A stretch of 63,108 bases of DNA, filler included, from Chiloscyllium plagiosum (GCF_004010195.1; 5 parts of one record of this genome joined end to end with filler, not necessarily neighbours in it); one strand, 5' to 3'. Positions 1-13,850 are shown, numbered from the whole stretch's first letter. Numbers and translations are program-made. Notes: a model not told the origin generated them from the letters alone.

Positions 1-184
1 AGATCAGTCCAAAAAGATATTCGCATCATCACCAAGAATGATTGCTTCCATCAGCAATACAACTCCTATATCCATCTCGAGCTCAGTTCATAATTGGTGA
101 ATCAGTTATTGATTCCATTGTTACCCCTGGACCCTCGTATTCAAGGGCCATATTTGCCTGACACCAGATTGTAAACTGGCAGAC

Positions 185-375
185 AGTGAGGTCTGTCAAT
201 GCTGTAGAGACAGAGTCGATACATTCTTCCCTTGGAAGAAGCACAGCAGGTCAGGCAGCATCCGATGAAGAGACGAATTGAAGTTTCAAGCAGAATCCTT
301 CATCAGTCGACTCTCTTCCTCCTTGGATGCTGCCTTATAGATTTTCTTTTTCCTGTAGCACATTTTATCGACCTG
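185..375. mobile_element. Degenerate fold-back terminus of Penelope-like family A
   Basis: Contains gcacagcaggtcaggcagcatcc...gtttc...ccttcatcag followed by inverted ggatgctgcc; same motif as at 13851, 29869 and 62891. Confidence 0.65.
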
Positions 376-969
376 CTTATAAACTGCATTAATTAACTTT
401 GTCCAAATTTGTTTTGGTTTGCTTTCCCAACAAATCCCAATTCATCATCATGAACTGACCACAGTGACCCTGCAAAGGCGCGTTGTCCATTAAATTCTTA
501 ATTATAGGTTCTCACCCATTTACTCAAAAATGTTCCGAAGCCATCCATTGACGTCTTTACTCTCTTTGGTTGGTGGAAACCTTTTTTTTTAAATCTCCAT
601 GGAAGTATTAGATATTCTGCTTTGACATAAATGCTACCAGCTGGTGTGATGTTGAAATAAATTACAGATTTCATCGAAATAAGTAAAATGCTGGTAATAA
701 CGACAGAAGCAGTAATAAATCTGACAATCCTGAGTCACTGAGCTGTGTACATTTCGGAACAGATCCCCTCCTCCACACTCGTCTGACTACCCTGTTACTT
801 CTCAAAATTAAACACTCCATAAAATTTAATCTCTTTTAATATTTCTTTCCTTACCCAGCGAGTTTTGAGAATATTTGTTGTTACTCTCGTCTGACGTACC
901 TTCAATGGGTCAACTTTAACTCTATTTAACTTAATATGATAAAAGTTGTTTTCTGTATTTATCTAGCGA

Positions 970-1395
970 CATAGAGTCGTAAAACATGGAAACAGACCCT
1001 GATTTCCAACCATCCATGCTAACCAGGTATCCTAGTCTGATCTCATTCCATTTACCAGCAGTTGGCCCATATCGCTATGCACATATCTATGCAGATGCCT
1101 CATCAATGTTGTAACTGAAACAACTTCCACCACTTCCTGTGCGAACTAATTCCATACACGCACCACCCTCTGCGTGAAAACGTTGGCCCTCAGGCCCTTT
1201 CCAAATTTTTCATCTCACAACTTACACTTATGCCACATAGTTGTTCACTGTTTTTCACTTAAAATAAAAACCCTCGCCTATTAACACTATCTATACCCTT
1301 CACAATGTTATAAACTTCCATAAGGTCAGCCCCCAGCCTTTGTTGCCGCACGGAAAATAGCCCCAGCCTCTCTCGTGGCTCAAACCTCCAATCCA
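970..1395 (-). mobile_element. CR1 (HER1-type) LINE 3' fragment
   Basis: ORF 1259-1507 ends ERLGLFSVRQQRLGADLMEVYNIVKGID (CR1 ORF2 C-terminal LGLFSL..RRLRGDLIEVYK motif); 3' UTR and tail near 970-1000. Confidence 0.85.
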
Positions 1396-3150
1396 AGTAA
1401 CATTCACTTCCACATCCATTTGTGAATGGTGGTGGACAATTAAGCAAGGCACTTGAAGAAGAGGCTCCGCAAATGTCAGCATTCTCAAATCCTGAAGAAC
1501 CCAGCACTTCAGTGAAAAAGATATGGCTGCTGTATTAGCAACAATCTTGAGTCAGAGGTCCCGAGGGGATAATCCAATTCAGGATCCTCGAGCGGTCCCC
1601 AGCATCACAGACACCAGTTTCCAGCCAGTTCCATTCACTCTACGCGATATCAAGAAACGGCTGGACGCAGCGAATACTGAAAAGGCAATGGCCCTGAAAA
1701 CATTCCAGTAATTATGCTGAAGACGTGTGCTCTGGAATTTGCTGCTCCTCTCGCCATGCTCTTCAAGTACAGTTACATTGCTGGCATGTATCCGATAATG
1801 GGGAAAATTGTTTACATATGTCCTGTCCACAAAAAGCTGGCCATAGCCAAACCAGCCAATTAGCGTCCAATCAGTCCAGTCTCCATTATGACTAAGCTGA
1901 TGGAAGAAGTCATCAACAGTGCTGTGAATCAGCACCTGTTCAGCAACAACCTACTGAGTGATGCCCAGTTGTGTCACTAAGCTCCTCATCCTGTTACAAT
2001 CTTGGTTCAAATATGAAGAAAAGAGGTAAATTCCAGAATTAAGGTGAGACTGACAATCCTTGACATCAAGGCCGCATTAGACCGAGTATTTGACCAAGGA
2101 GTCCAGGCCAAACTAATTCAATGCATATCAGGATTACGGTCATACATGACACAAAGGAAAATGGTTGTGGTTATAGCGGGTCAGTCACCATAACCCACCA
2201 CATTTTTTCTGAAGTCCCCCACGGTAATGCCCAACAATCTTCAACTGCTTCACTAATGACCTTACATTTGTCATAATGTCAGAAGTGGGGATATTCACCG
2301 ATGGTTGTAATGTTCAGCACCATGTGCGACTCCTCAGATAATGAATCAATCGTGCTCAAAGGCAACATGATCTGGACAATATCCAGCCTTGGCCCACAAG
2401 TATCAAGTAACACTTGCAAAACCCAAATGCCCGACAATAATAATCACTAATAAGAGACAATATAACCACTGCCCCTTCATACTCAACAGTATTACCCTCA
2501 CTGTATCCTCCTCTGTTAACATCTTTGAGGTTACCATTGGCCAGAAACTCAACTGAACTCACCACATAAAAACAGTGGCTGCAAGAGCAGGTCACAGACT
2601 AGAGATACTGCGGCGAGCAACTCACTTCATGACACCCCATATTCTCTCCACCATTTACAAACGACAAATCAGGTGCGTGCCGGAATATTCCTCACTTGCC
2701 TGGATAGGTGCATCTCCAATAACACTCAAGAAGCTTGATACCATCCAATACAAAGCAATCTGCTTGATGAGTACGAAATCTACAAGCATTCAATGGTCCA
2801 CTACTGGAACGCAGTAGCAGCAGTGTGTACTATCTGCAAGATGCACTGCAGAAATTCACGAAAGAACATTAGTCAGCACCTTCCAAACCACGACCAGTTC
2901 CACCGAGAAGGACAAAGGCAGTGGGTACTTCGGATACTACTATTCGCTAGTTCCCCACCTAGCCTCTTACCACACTGTTTTGGAAACATACCACTGCAAC
3001 TTCACAGTCTTTGGATAAAATGATGATTTCTTCCAGCAAGTGGACCGCAGCAATTTAAGAAGGCAGCTCACCACCACCTTCTCAAGAGCAAATATGGAAT
3101 GGCTATAAATGCTGGACAGCCTTTGAAGTCCAGGTCCCACAAATGAATAT
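1396..3150 (+). mobile_element. L2/CR1-group LINE, decayed RT and 3' end
   Basis: FTLRDIKKRL..NTEKAMA (1523-1711) and AARAGHRLEILRR..STIYKRQIRCVPEYSSLAW (2575-2817) are non-LTR RT-flanking motifs; many frameshifts. Confidence 0.8.
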
Positions 3151-3211
3151 TTAAAAATAATACTTCCTGAAACCTTCCTAATGGCGCAATAGCTTTCCTG
3201 TCGCAGAGAGA

Positions 3212-3504
3212 CCAAAATCTCTATCGTGCAGAAACAGGCACTTCGGCTGAACAAGTCCACAACGACCCTCCCTAGAGTAACACACCCACACCGATTCTCC
3301 TACTACACTATATTTACCCCAGACTAATCCACATCGCTGAACATTATGGGCAATTTATCGAGACCAATTCACCTAACATGCACACCTCATGATTGTAAGA
3401 GGAAATCTATGCAGACACGAGTGGAATGCACAAGCTCCAAACAGGCAGTCGCCTGATGGAGGGACGAACCCGTGTTGCTGTCGCTGTGCTAACCACTGAG
3501 CCAC
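3212..3504 (-). mobile_element. HE1-type tRNA-derived SINE
   Basis: Reverse strand starts GTGGCTCAGTGGTTAGCAC (tRNA A-box); central gggcaattta..ccaattcacctaac V-domain motif. Confidence 0.8.
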
Positions 3505-3531
3505 ATTCCCATCTGTCTTCAAATTCTTGCG

Positions 3532-3726
3532 TTGATTTCCTCCCTCAGCCAGATGATGTGCAAGTTATGTACATTGGACATGCAATACTGTTGCTCGTGT
3601 CCAGGGATGCGCAGGCTAAATGTATTAGCCATGGGTAATATTAGGTAGAGAGGTGGGATTCCCTTCCATGATTTGGTGTGGACTTACTGGGGCGAATGGC
3701 CTGCTTCCACGCCATCGGGATTCAGT
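3532..3726 (+). mobile_element. HE1-type SINE, 3' part
   Basis: gatgtgcaagtt..ggacatgc..gggatgcgcaggcta..gggcgaatggcctgcttccac. Confidence 0.65.
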
Positions 3727-4084
3727 GAAGTTCACGTTTTGACTCTTCCCTAAATGGAGTATTTACATTTTGATAGAGAAACTTTCTTGTAAACATTTAA
3801 CAAATTCGTCACCATCAAACCTTTAACATTATGGCAGTACCAGGCAGTGTTTGGAAATTTAAACTGCCCAACTATTATAACCTTAGAGTACTGAGAGGTG
3901 TTTGTAATCTGTACATGATGGCTTCGCAATTCCTTCGACTGTTGTGTTAAATGTGAAAAAAAAATGATGCAGAATTAATGGAGAATCTTGCAAAATGTAT
4001 CAGTAAAGACCTTCTGACTATTGGAATAAACTGCCAGAGGAAGTGGTAACTGCAGGTACAGTTACAACATTTCGAACCATACAT

Positions 4085-4958
4085 TTCCAGTAAGTTGTAT
4101 CTCAGGAATGTCTACTCTATTTATTGATGTAATGCGTTCCTGAATCAAAAAATGTCACACCTTCTCCACTTTAACCTTTCTTCCATCCTTCCCATGACAG
4201 CGAAAACGCGAACACTGAGATTCCAGTCCTGTCCTTCCCTCAGCCAAATTTCTGAAATAGCTATGACGTCCCAATCCCATGTTTCCATCCATGTCCTGAG
4301 CTCATCCGACTGACTGGGAAGAGCTGTTGCATTGACATAAATGCAGTTTAATTCTTCAAAGTTACTTTGTTCCCTGACTAGCTCTTGTCTGTCTTTTCTA
4401 CTTACCTTACTCTTTTTTTTTCAGAATCATAATCATCCTCACCTTTCTGTCTATTTTCACGTTACCTAGAATGAACCCACTATATTTCTAAAAGATTACT
4501 TGCTCCCAAAATAGAACGAGCAAATCTCCCTGCCAGGTTTTTGGTCACTTTCTGGTTCAAGTGCAAACCTTCCTTTTTGAACAGGCCTTTTCTACCTCAA
4601 AAAATTCATAACGATCCAAGAAACTGATTTCCTGCACATTGACCTGCCTCTTCTTCCATTGATTTAATTGCTCTTCTTCGAACTTGGGAACAGACGTAAA
4701 CCAGAGATTACTACATTTTCTGGTCTGCTTTTTAACCTTCGACATAATGTCTTGTATTCACTCTGCAAACCTTTATCGCTTTCCCTGACCAAATCATTCC
4801 GCTCAAGGCGTACAACTTCCAGCTTCTCACTCTCCCCTTTACTTAACACGTTTTGAGACGTCCACAATCTGACACCAGAAAAGCAACATACCATCCTCAC
4901 TGTTTCGCTCACTGTCACAGAATCTCTGTCTGTGCCTCTGACAGGAGACTCCCAGTAA
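4085..4958 (-). mobile_element. CR1 LINE fragment: ORF1 esterase-like region plus start of ORF2 endonuclease
   Basis: ORF 4664-4918 RMVCCFSGVR..LKSRPENVVISGL matches the CR1 ORF1 SGNH-esterase pattern; 4245-4345 reads YVNA..DEL..DVIAISEIWL (AP endonuclease start). Confidence 0.75.
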
Positions 4959-5854
4959 NNNNNNNNNNNNNNNNNNNNNNNNNNNNNNNNNNNNNNNNNN
5001 NNNAAGAACAGCTGTCAATATCGGCTTTCTTATGAAAATAAGTTTCCATTCCTTTCCCACAGATATAACATGAAGTATGCGAAAACTCAATAAAAATAAA
5101 CTTACAAATCGTGAAAAAAAATTAAATAAATTTGAACAAACAAAAAAAAACTTCTTGTCAAAGGAAATCCACCATTCATTCTTCAAACTCCGGACGAAAA
5201 TAGAATTCCTCCAGAGTTGTCCGTCTGTCGGCCTCCCCACAATCTCAGTATATATGTTAAAAAAATTCATTAATTGCCTCGTTTTTACATAATTCCTTTT
5301 GTCAAAACGTACCCACCATTTATGTCAGTTTCAGGGGTTTATAGTTAAATGGGTTTTCCTTAACACCAGAGCATCAGCAACCCACCAGTCCTCTGGAACG
5401 TTACCCATGTCCCTCGATTACACAAATATCTTAGCACGAGACCTAGCATTCTTCCCTGGCCCTCTCATAGTTTTACCTTTTTGAAATTTATGTGAATTGC
5501 TTAATGTCAAACTGTGTGATGTGAGTGCTACATACAGCACAGTCTCTGATCCGCTCCCAATCTGCAAAATGGAGACCACAGCCAATGTCTTTTGGCGGGT
5601 CTGAACAAATCCCAGAGAATCCTTTAAGAAGAGTTCGTCTCCCAGAAGCTATGAATCAATGATTTGTATTCGCCTGCATTCAACTTGATCAGCCATGACC
5701 CCGTCCATGGTATGCCAGCGCATGGCTCTGCCTGGCAGCATGTCCGAATACATGAGGAAATCCATTAGCAGTCCTGTCCACAGGGGAGGGGAGCGGGCGG
5801 AGAGCAGGCTGACCACACTGTTTCTCTATCACGCAAGAGCAAACGGACAACACT

Positions 5855-6002
5855 GTATCTCTGTCACTGACTCAATGGAGACCAGTCGGACCCCAAGGTG
5901 TGTCTGTCACTGACCCAGTGGGGAACAGACAAATCCCAGTGTGTTTCTATCACTGACGCACGGAGAGAAAACTGACTCTATTCTGACTCTGTCACTGACC
6001 CA
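5855..6002. repeat. Short ~44 bp degenerate tandem repeat
   Basis: Four copies of ctgtcactgac/ctatcactgac at roughly 44 bp spacing. Confidence 0.6.
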
Positions 6003-8844
6003 TTCATCATTGCCCCGGAGGGTCACTATCTCACTTCAAAGCTTAGTGATTTTAACTTGTGGTCTATAAGGCAGTGCGTTCAGAGTGACCTCAGATGGTT
6101 GAGGTAACTCAGCCCTTACTGTTACCGTCGCTCTGCATCACAAAACAGCCAAACAGCAATTGATGACATTTGGTCCATTGAATCCACACCAATCATTCGA
6201 AAAAAATGCCGCCCAGACACCTTCTCTCACGATCCCTGTAACACTGCGATTCCCATGGCTCACCCATAGACCCTGCACATCGCTGATCAGTATGATCAAC
6301 AATTTTGAATGTTTTCATACTTCTATAAGGCCTAACAGTGGCACGTGCCTTGTGTTATAACATTGAAGTAATTCATGCTGATATTTTCGTGGGTGGATTC
6401 TCAAAGGATGATTAAAGGAGAATAGAGGACCAGTGGGATATTTCTGTGGAAAAGAACATTCCGATCGAAGCTGCTGATTCTTCTTCGTCGCCACCTGAGG
6501 CATGGCGATACCTTGCCTCACAACCCTGGCTCCTGACGTTTGTCCTTTCGTTTCCTCCTTGTTCGGCATTCCCACACTGGGGCGGGCATCTTGGGACGAC
6601 GTCACCACGTAGACCTTTCCCGCGTGGCGCCACCCAGGTAATTTTCCCTCCATCAATGCATGTTTGTCCTGCTGATTCTATTGGAGCATCTTTCCTGGGT
6701 TCCACAATCGCTTCTGCTTCACTTCCACTTTTATTCCCCCTCCTTCATTCCCACTTTCATGGGAAGAACGAGATGGGCATGGGGCATTGCAGACTTACCT
6801 GGGCAAGTTATTGTCATTGCACAGACATCACGAGCTGATCTAACTTATTCCGTGCTGTCACAGTTCATTCATTTCACGCCGACCACAAAGATTTATGAAT
6901 TGCATTTAGACTTCTAAAAACTCGTAATAATTTGTGGAAGAAATGTTTCCTTACCTCAGGACAACATGGCAGATATATTTCCCGGAGAATATGAACCTAG
7001 TTCTACACACTCCAGACAGGGGCGAGAGAAATACCCTCATCAGTTACACTCTCACACTATCTCCGAATGTCAGAATTATCCAAGAGCAGAAATGGGAAAT
7101 GAGGGATATGCACAGTCAGAGACTGTGAAAGAGGGTGGGGTGGATACGCACAGACAAAGAGAGACAATTAGAGACACATAACGAGTTAAATGCTGCAAGG
7201 GTCAATTCTCCATTCGACATGGCTGCGAACTAAAAGAAAGGAAAAGGAAAAGGTAACTGTTTCAGCACAACCTTTCATCAGCTCATGGTTAATGAAGTAG
7301 CATTACAGCCAAGGAAGACCTTTTTAAATTTGTAAACGTGACGGCTGTCATCTAATGAGAAGTTTTAATAAATATGCTGATTGCACACATGATACTGACA
7401 ATTTCCTGGCATGAGAGTAACTAACTCTGTTTTCCTTCGCAGATGTTGCCAGTCCTGCTGAGTTTCTTTGCGATTCCCTATTTTTGTACCAGATTTCCAT
7501 CAACCATAGCTCTTTTTCTTATGTTGACCTGAATTATATTTGGCACCAAAAAGTAAGAACTTCCGAGTGCCAAGCATTACTTCCTGATTTAGGAATCTTG
7601 TCAGCACCACAAGCGAGTACAGGAACACTCCTAATCAATGACTGGGAATCAAACCGGAGATGATGCAGCGATAGCACTGAACATGAACGACTGGAAATTC
7701 CAGAAATAAGAATAAACGCTGTCGTCCCTTTCCTAAAAGACACTGCTTTTGCCTTTTCATTTCAGATAATTTTCGCTGCGGATCAGTTTCTCCCTGTCCT
7801 TCAGTTTTCACAACATGGAAAAAGTACATTCGGCCCTTGTACTGTGTGGCTCCTAGACATCCGTCTATTCTCGTCCCAGTTTGCATTCGGCCCATAATCC
7901 TGCGTGTTCCGTTGTCTCCAGGGCAAATGTCAAAGAGATTATCCCTTCGATCTTATATGACACAGCAATGGAACGAAGTTTGACATGGTGTCTCTGTTTT
8001 GAAACACTGCTGAGGATTCCAGCCTCATTTTTACTCACAAAGGAAGACACACAAACACATCCTCGGCATGGGCAGAGGTGTCAAGTTTCTCCCCGTTCCA
8101 TGTGCTTCAGTTCCGCAAGTTTCTCCGTCAAAAAGGCAGCTTTAGGTGGAACTCCAGCCACTTCTCCAAACAATGTGAACCGTTTCAATGGACCGTGAGA
8201 GAAAATACTCCACACGCTGCGCGTGTGTAACTTGCAATTTCCCAAAACCCACCACCCTAATCCCTGTTGTTCCGGAGAATCTGACAGGACAGCGGCCAGC
8301 AAACATTCCTCACTAAAACCAGCTGGTACATGACAAACTTTGAAAACTTTAAGGTCGCATTTATTTCTGGTTCTGTCTCCATCTCACCTTCAGCTCCCTC
8401 TGACTGCCCAGCTCCAAAGGCCATGACCTGTTTGATACAAATTCAGGCTGTATGTGGAAGCTAATCTTTGTCTGGAATGCAGGGCCAGGGAATATAAGAC
8501 AAGCGTATTGTGAACAGAAGGGTTTGCACACGGTTGGTCTTTAATCAAGATATTATTCCTGATAAAGAATTATTTCACGAATAAGAGACTAATTTCACGA
8601 AAGTGCACCGTTCCAGTTGTTCCCAAGAACAATGTCCCAATGCATACAGTGTCTGACAGATAGCTATGGGGAGAGTCGAATCCACCCCTTAAATCCTCGG
8701 GAATACGTTGCAGACATTGTACTTGCATTTCAGAATCGGAGTTCAATGCAGCGGGCCACAGAGGTCACCAGCACAGAAAATGTCTTTTGGCCCATCAGCT
8801 ATGCACGGTTCTCTGCTCATTTACCAATACTTGGCACAGAGGTC

Positions 8845-9555
8845 TGTTTTGAAGACATGGGTGTACCTTTAAGAGATTTAATAGCAGCCGAATTACCAGA
8901 CCCAGCACAAGAGCACTCAAAAAGGAAAAATGTAACAATGTGCCAAACAACTCGAGTAATTCATTGCGTGGAGACAAGAATCAAATTCGAATTCGACCGA
9001 TCAGTTTTAATTATCGCCCCAACAAAATAACATTTTCAAATCAAATATGTATTCAGCATATTGACAAACGTAAAAGCCAATGCCACAATCAGATGCTCTG
9101 GGGTGTAGGACATCCCAGGGAAAATTGAACAGTTGAGAGCAGAACTGCCAAGTCCCAGCATGTAAAAGGATGCTTGAAAAATATATCTCTATAAAGTTCC
9201 GTTTTGATCAGTAACCTGTGATGCAGAAATAGCTAACAAGGAGAAAAGAAGACTAAGGAAGATCTGAAGGCAAGAACATCCAACTGCCTTGTTTTGAGAT
9301 GAGAAGTGTTAGTTTGTAAAACTTAATTGAGAATTTTATCGGACAAGTATTATTAAAGGGAAGGTAAAATATAGGTTCGAGAAAGAAGTTGAAAATATAT
9401 TTTCGTTGTCTAGTCTCTGTGATACTTTAAGAAATAATGTTGTTAATCTTAAATAGTCATTGGCCACTCGAAATTTTACAAATTAGTGCACAGGATAAAT
9501 ATTTTCTGTGTTCCTGGGTTTAATTTGAGCAGCAGTTTTACCCTGAATCGTAACA
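8845..9555 (+). repeat. 5' LTR
   Basis: Starts tgttttgaag, ends tcgtaaca; shares blocks with the 3' LTR (gatgctctggggtgta, gatcagtaa.ctgtga.gcagaaat). Confidence 0.9.
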
Positions 9556-9558
9556 ATT

Positions 9559-9578
9559 TGGAGGCTTGCCTGTGATTT
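9559..9578 (+). promoter_or_regulatory. Primer-binding site, degenerate complement of tRNA-Pro 3' end
   Basis: tggaggcttgcctgtgattt versus canonical TGGGGGCTCGTCCGGGATTT, 3 nt after the LTR end. Confidence 0.7.
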
Positions 9579-11029
9579 GAGCTCGTTTGAACAGATTAGA
9601 CTAGATTTTAGTGTATGATACATCCCAGCAGGTTAAAACCTTTGCAGGTTGGTGTCCTCGATCTTCAAATACAACACAGGTGAGACAATTTGATTAATTG
9701 TGGTGACTTGTGGTTGATTAAATTAAAAATTATAGAAATAGCTTAAAATTGCAAAAGAGATTCTGGGATTGAAGAAGACCTTCAAATTTGCCAAGAATGT
9801 TTAGAAGAAACGAAAAAGGCCATATTTTCAGTATTAGCACCTAATTTATATTAGGGTTTATCGAAGGAGAAAAGTCAAGTTGAAATAGTAAAGGGGGTTA
9901 TTCAAATACTTCGCTGTGTTTGAGAAACAGACAAGTGCTATCGGGGTAGAAAAACATAAATTAATACTGAGGAAAATGGAGTGCGTTGATAAACAAAGAG
10001 ATAGAGAGAAAAAAGAGAGGGAGAGACAAGGAGAAAGAGAGCGCAGAGAGAAATAGGGAGTAAAAGAGAGAGAACGTTCCACTTCCAGAGATGTTAAGAA
10101 TGAATGTGGAAGAACACCAATTTCAGAAACTGCGAAGGGTAACAGAATTAGCACATGAGCACATGCAGGTGCACAAAGTAAGCTTTTGGCCAGAATTCAG
10201 TCCTGTGAGGGATAGGAATTGAGAGAAGCCGAGATCCTACACTAATATACCAAAAGGCGAGCGCACTGGTAAGATTTTAGAACAGTATAAAAAATAAGCT
10301 CAAAAGGGTGGAATGAAAATGAAAGGCCTCAGTTGTTTCTACAGTGATAAAGGGGGAGACGGACAGACACAGTGCTGGTCGTGAAAGAAAGGCGCTGATG
10401 GAAAAGATGTGGCAAAAGAAGTTCAACCAGGTGCATTAATGAAGGTATTAAATGAGACCCCAAGAAGAGCTGAGGCGGTGCAGCAGACTGCAAAGCGACA
10501 GGGGCGGGGTAGGGAGTTAGCATCTGACCTCTTTAAAAAGTCTGCCTCTGTGGGTAAACATTACTCAGAAAGAACGGGGGAGGAAGCAGCAGGTCATAAT
10601 TTTGTAAGAGACAGTATCTAACCAGTCGCTGATAGTAAGAGATGAGAGAATAGGTATACTTTCTGATCTATTACCCATGACTGTGGTAATTTGTTGGATA
10701 GATGGACAGCAAATTAGAGTTTTCCCTGTGGAAGAGCAGTTTGGAGTGCCAACATAGAGAAAGATGAAGGATTTGGGGTTCAGTTAGCAGATACCTATTT
10801 GATGTGATCTTGCAGAAAAAACCTGATCAGACATTGTGTCAGACTGAAGTCTTTAGCCCTGAAAGGAAAAGAGACTTGCAACAGAAAGTATATATAGATG
10901 CGTACTCTGAAAAGGAGGCAGAGAAAATTTCGGAGGTTTATTATCGGAAGGATAGAATTCCATCGGAAGGATGGAAATGGAGAGCACGGCAGTTGAGTGC
11001 AGATGAGAAATGGGCCCAAGGACACCATA

Positions 11030-12070
11030 TGGTGTTGCAGGTACTATACAGAGAAGAAGTGTTATTGGTAGCACATGAAGACTCTGGCTACTGTTCAAAA
11101 CCATTTTTATTCTCCTGGAATGCACAAGGATGAGGTTAACTTATACAGCACGTGTCATACGTGCGAAATGGAAGGTAAGCTACAGGCGGAAATAAAACCA
11201 GCACCTTTGTTACCAAATCCCGCATTTTGAGAATCTTTCCCACGTGTTATGATTGATGGTGCTAGTCCGCACCCGGCAACTAAAAGTGGGGATCTTTACT
11301 TGTCAACCATAATGCATGTCACTACTAGATGTCTGGAGGCAATTCCATCACAGTGAGTCAAGACAAAAGTGGTAGTAGACGAATTAATAGCTTTCTTCAC
11401 ACAGTATGGGCTACCCAGACAGATTCAATCGGACCAATGGTCAAATTTTACTGCTAACTTGTTAAAGGTGGTTATGGCTAGCTTAGGTATACAACACATT
11501 AAATCTAGTGCGTATCATCCCGAATCTCAGAGACCTTTAGAAAGGTGGCATTCGCCCTTGTAGACCAGTTTAAGAGCATACTGTCAGGATGACCTGAATG
11601 ATTGGGGAAAAAAAAGATATCCCATTCTTATTTTTTGCCATTAGGAATGCCACAAACGACTCTACTGAGTTCACCCCCTTTGAGTTAACATTCGGTCACG
11701 AAGTAAGAGACGTATTAAAATAATTGAAGAAAATTGACAGAAGCAGCGTCAGAGACCTGACAATTCGATTATGTATCAGAGGTAAAGGACAGATTAAATC
11801 GAGTAGGTGAGCAAACTAAACAACACCTCAAGAGGGTTTAGTGTAGAATGAACCAGGTGGCAGATAAAAGTGCGAGATCCACATGCTTACACAAGGGGAT
11901 AACGTGTTAGTACTGGTACTAATCGTATGAGATCTGGTAAAAGTCAGATGTAGTGGTCCCTATCAAATTGAGAAAAAAGTTGAGTCAGATGAAGTGTTTC
12001 GTAAGTATGCCAGATAGAAAATAAAAAGATATCAGGTATATCATGTAAACATGTTGAAACCGTATTACAT
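11030..12070 (+). pseudogene. Retroelement integrase (HHCC, DDE core, GPY/F), frameshifted
   Basis: HFYSPGMHKD..TCHTC (~11100-11165); QYGLPRQIQSDQWSNFT..SSAYHPESQRPLERWH (ORF 11369-11563); SGPYQI at ~11952; YHVNMLKPYY at ~12040. Confidence 0.9.
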
Positions 12071-12243
12071 ACAAAGAAAGAACTGGAGACAGAGATGATC
12101 GTTCATGCCCCACAGATTGAGAAATCAAGTCGAGATGACGTGGATTTTGAGGTTCCTCAAAACATGTTTAAAAACATGTTTAAAAAGTCTTTGAGAAGTG
12201 GAATAGATTCGTAAGCTAACTGTCTCTAGAGCACAGAACGGAG

Positions 12244-13780
12244 TTGAAAGGTTTGTTAGTACAGTGTCAGGGCATATATCAGAATATAATGGGGAGAACT
12301 AATGCTGTTGGACATGAAGTAGACGTCGGGAAAGCTGCTCCAAAAAAAAAACAACGCCCCCATCGACTTTACGCTCTCAAATCCAGACATGTCCAGACGG
12401 AAGTTGACGCCATGCTCGACAAGAGCCTTATCGACCCAAGCCAGAGAGAGTGTGGAGTTCGCCGATTGTCTTAGTTCCTAAACCGGATGTGACTTAACGA
12501 TTCTTTGTGGATTATCAGAAGTTCGACGCCATTACAACATTGGATTCATTCCAATTCCTAGATTGGAGGACTGCATCAAGAAAGTCGGGCAATCCATTTA
12601 CTCACGATTTTGGACATATTGCGTGGTTACTGGCAGGCATCTTTATCATATTTGGCATCAATTTAAAGTGGTGCCCTTTAGAATGGAGAACGCTCCCACC
12701 GCATTCCAAAGACTCATGAGTTGCGGCTGGGTTAGCAAATTGTGCAGTCTATTTGGAAGATGTAACAATCTTTAGCAAGTAAAAGAATAAAAACAAAGAA
12801 AATTTACAGCCCAGGAACAGACCCTTCGGCCCTCCAAACCTGAGCCAATTAAAATGTACTTTCTAAACCTGTTGGTCAATTCCTGAGCATCTGTATCCCT
12901 CTGCTCCCCATCTACTCATGCATCCGTCCAGACGCATCTTAAATGAATCTACCGTGCCTGCCTCTACCACCTCTGCCGACAACGCGTTCCAAACACCCAC
13001 CACTCTCAAGTCAAGTAAAGATCACATGTTACACGCTCGTTGAACGACTTCGAAAAGCAAAATTGGTGCTAAACATTTTTGAAACAGTATTCGTGAAAGC
13101 AGGGTGGCGTTCTTGGGACATAACATCAGTAATGAAAGGTTGATGCTACAGAACACAAAGACAAAAGGCTTTCGAGGAATTTCCATGACCAAACTTGAAG
13201 AATGAGGTTCTTCATATCTTTGGACTCATCAGATTCTACCGGACGTATGTTCCATACTTCAACAGTATAGTAATATCGTTACCCGACTTGCTGATGAAGA
13301 ACACAAAGTTTCGGTGGTCAGTACCATGCCAGGCAGCATTCGAAAATATGAAATAGAAATTAAACACCAAAGAATTTTAGCTACACCAAAATTCTCAAAA
13401 AAAAAATAAAGTCAACATCGATGCTAGTAACATTTGAGTTGGAGCTGAACTCTTCCAGGAAAATGAGGATGGGATTGAACTGCCAGTTGGTTACTTTCGA
13501 AGAAGATCAACATCCATGAGAGGAAATATTCCACAATCGAAAAGGAACTTATTGAGTTTGGTATGGCCTTAAAACTTTTTAATATGTATGTTAAGAACAA
13601 TGTGTCGGAGACGGATGTGTACACTGACCACTACTGGCGTACATTATTAGAAGATCTTAATGATAAATAATATGGGACTATTTCATTGACGTCTTATGTT
13701 ACAAACTATTATTGTAAAAATCATACATATTGTGTGTCGGTGGAATGTAACTGCAGACGTGTTATCACAGACTTAACTGA
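12244..13780 (+). pseudogene. Gypsy reverse transcriptase and RNase H, decayed and interrupted
   Basis: HEVDVG..KQRPHRL, VDYQK, PFRMENAPTAFQRLM, AVYLEDVTIFS (YxDD, ~12745-12775); IDAS, YSTIEKE and VYTDH (RNase H, ~13415-13630). Confidence 0.88.
12780..13008 (-). mobile_element. CR1 3' end inserted in the gypsy RT
   Basis: acagcccaggaacagacccttcggccc..caccactctc is a CR1 3' UTR in reverse, splitting the RT just after the YxDD motif. Confidence 0.75.
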
Positions 13781-13850
13781 TTGAGTTGAGATAAGATTTG
13801 TCTTTATTTAATATTTAATGCGTCTGTGTATGTGTATGTATGTATAGATG

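Noticed and set aside
6792..6825. ACTTACCTGG..CATTGCAC resembling the U1 snRNA 5' end
   Set aside because: The rest of U1 is absent; better explained as a minus-strand splice donor or chance
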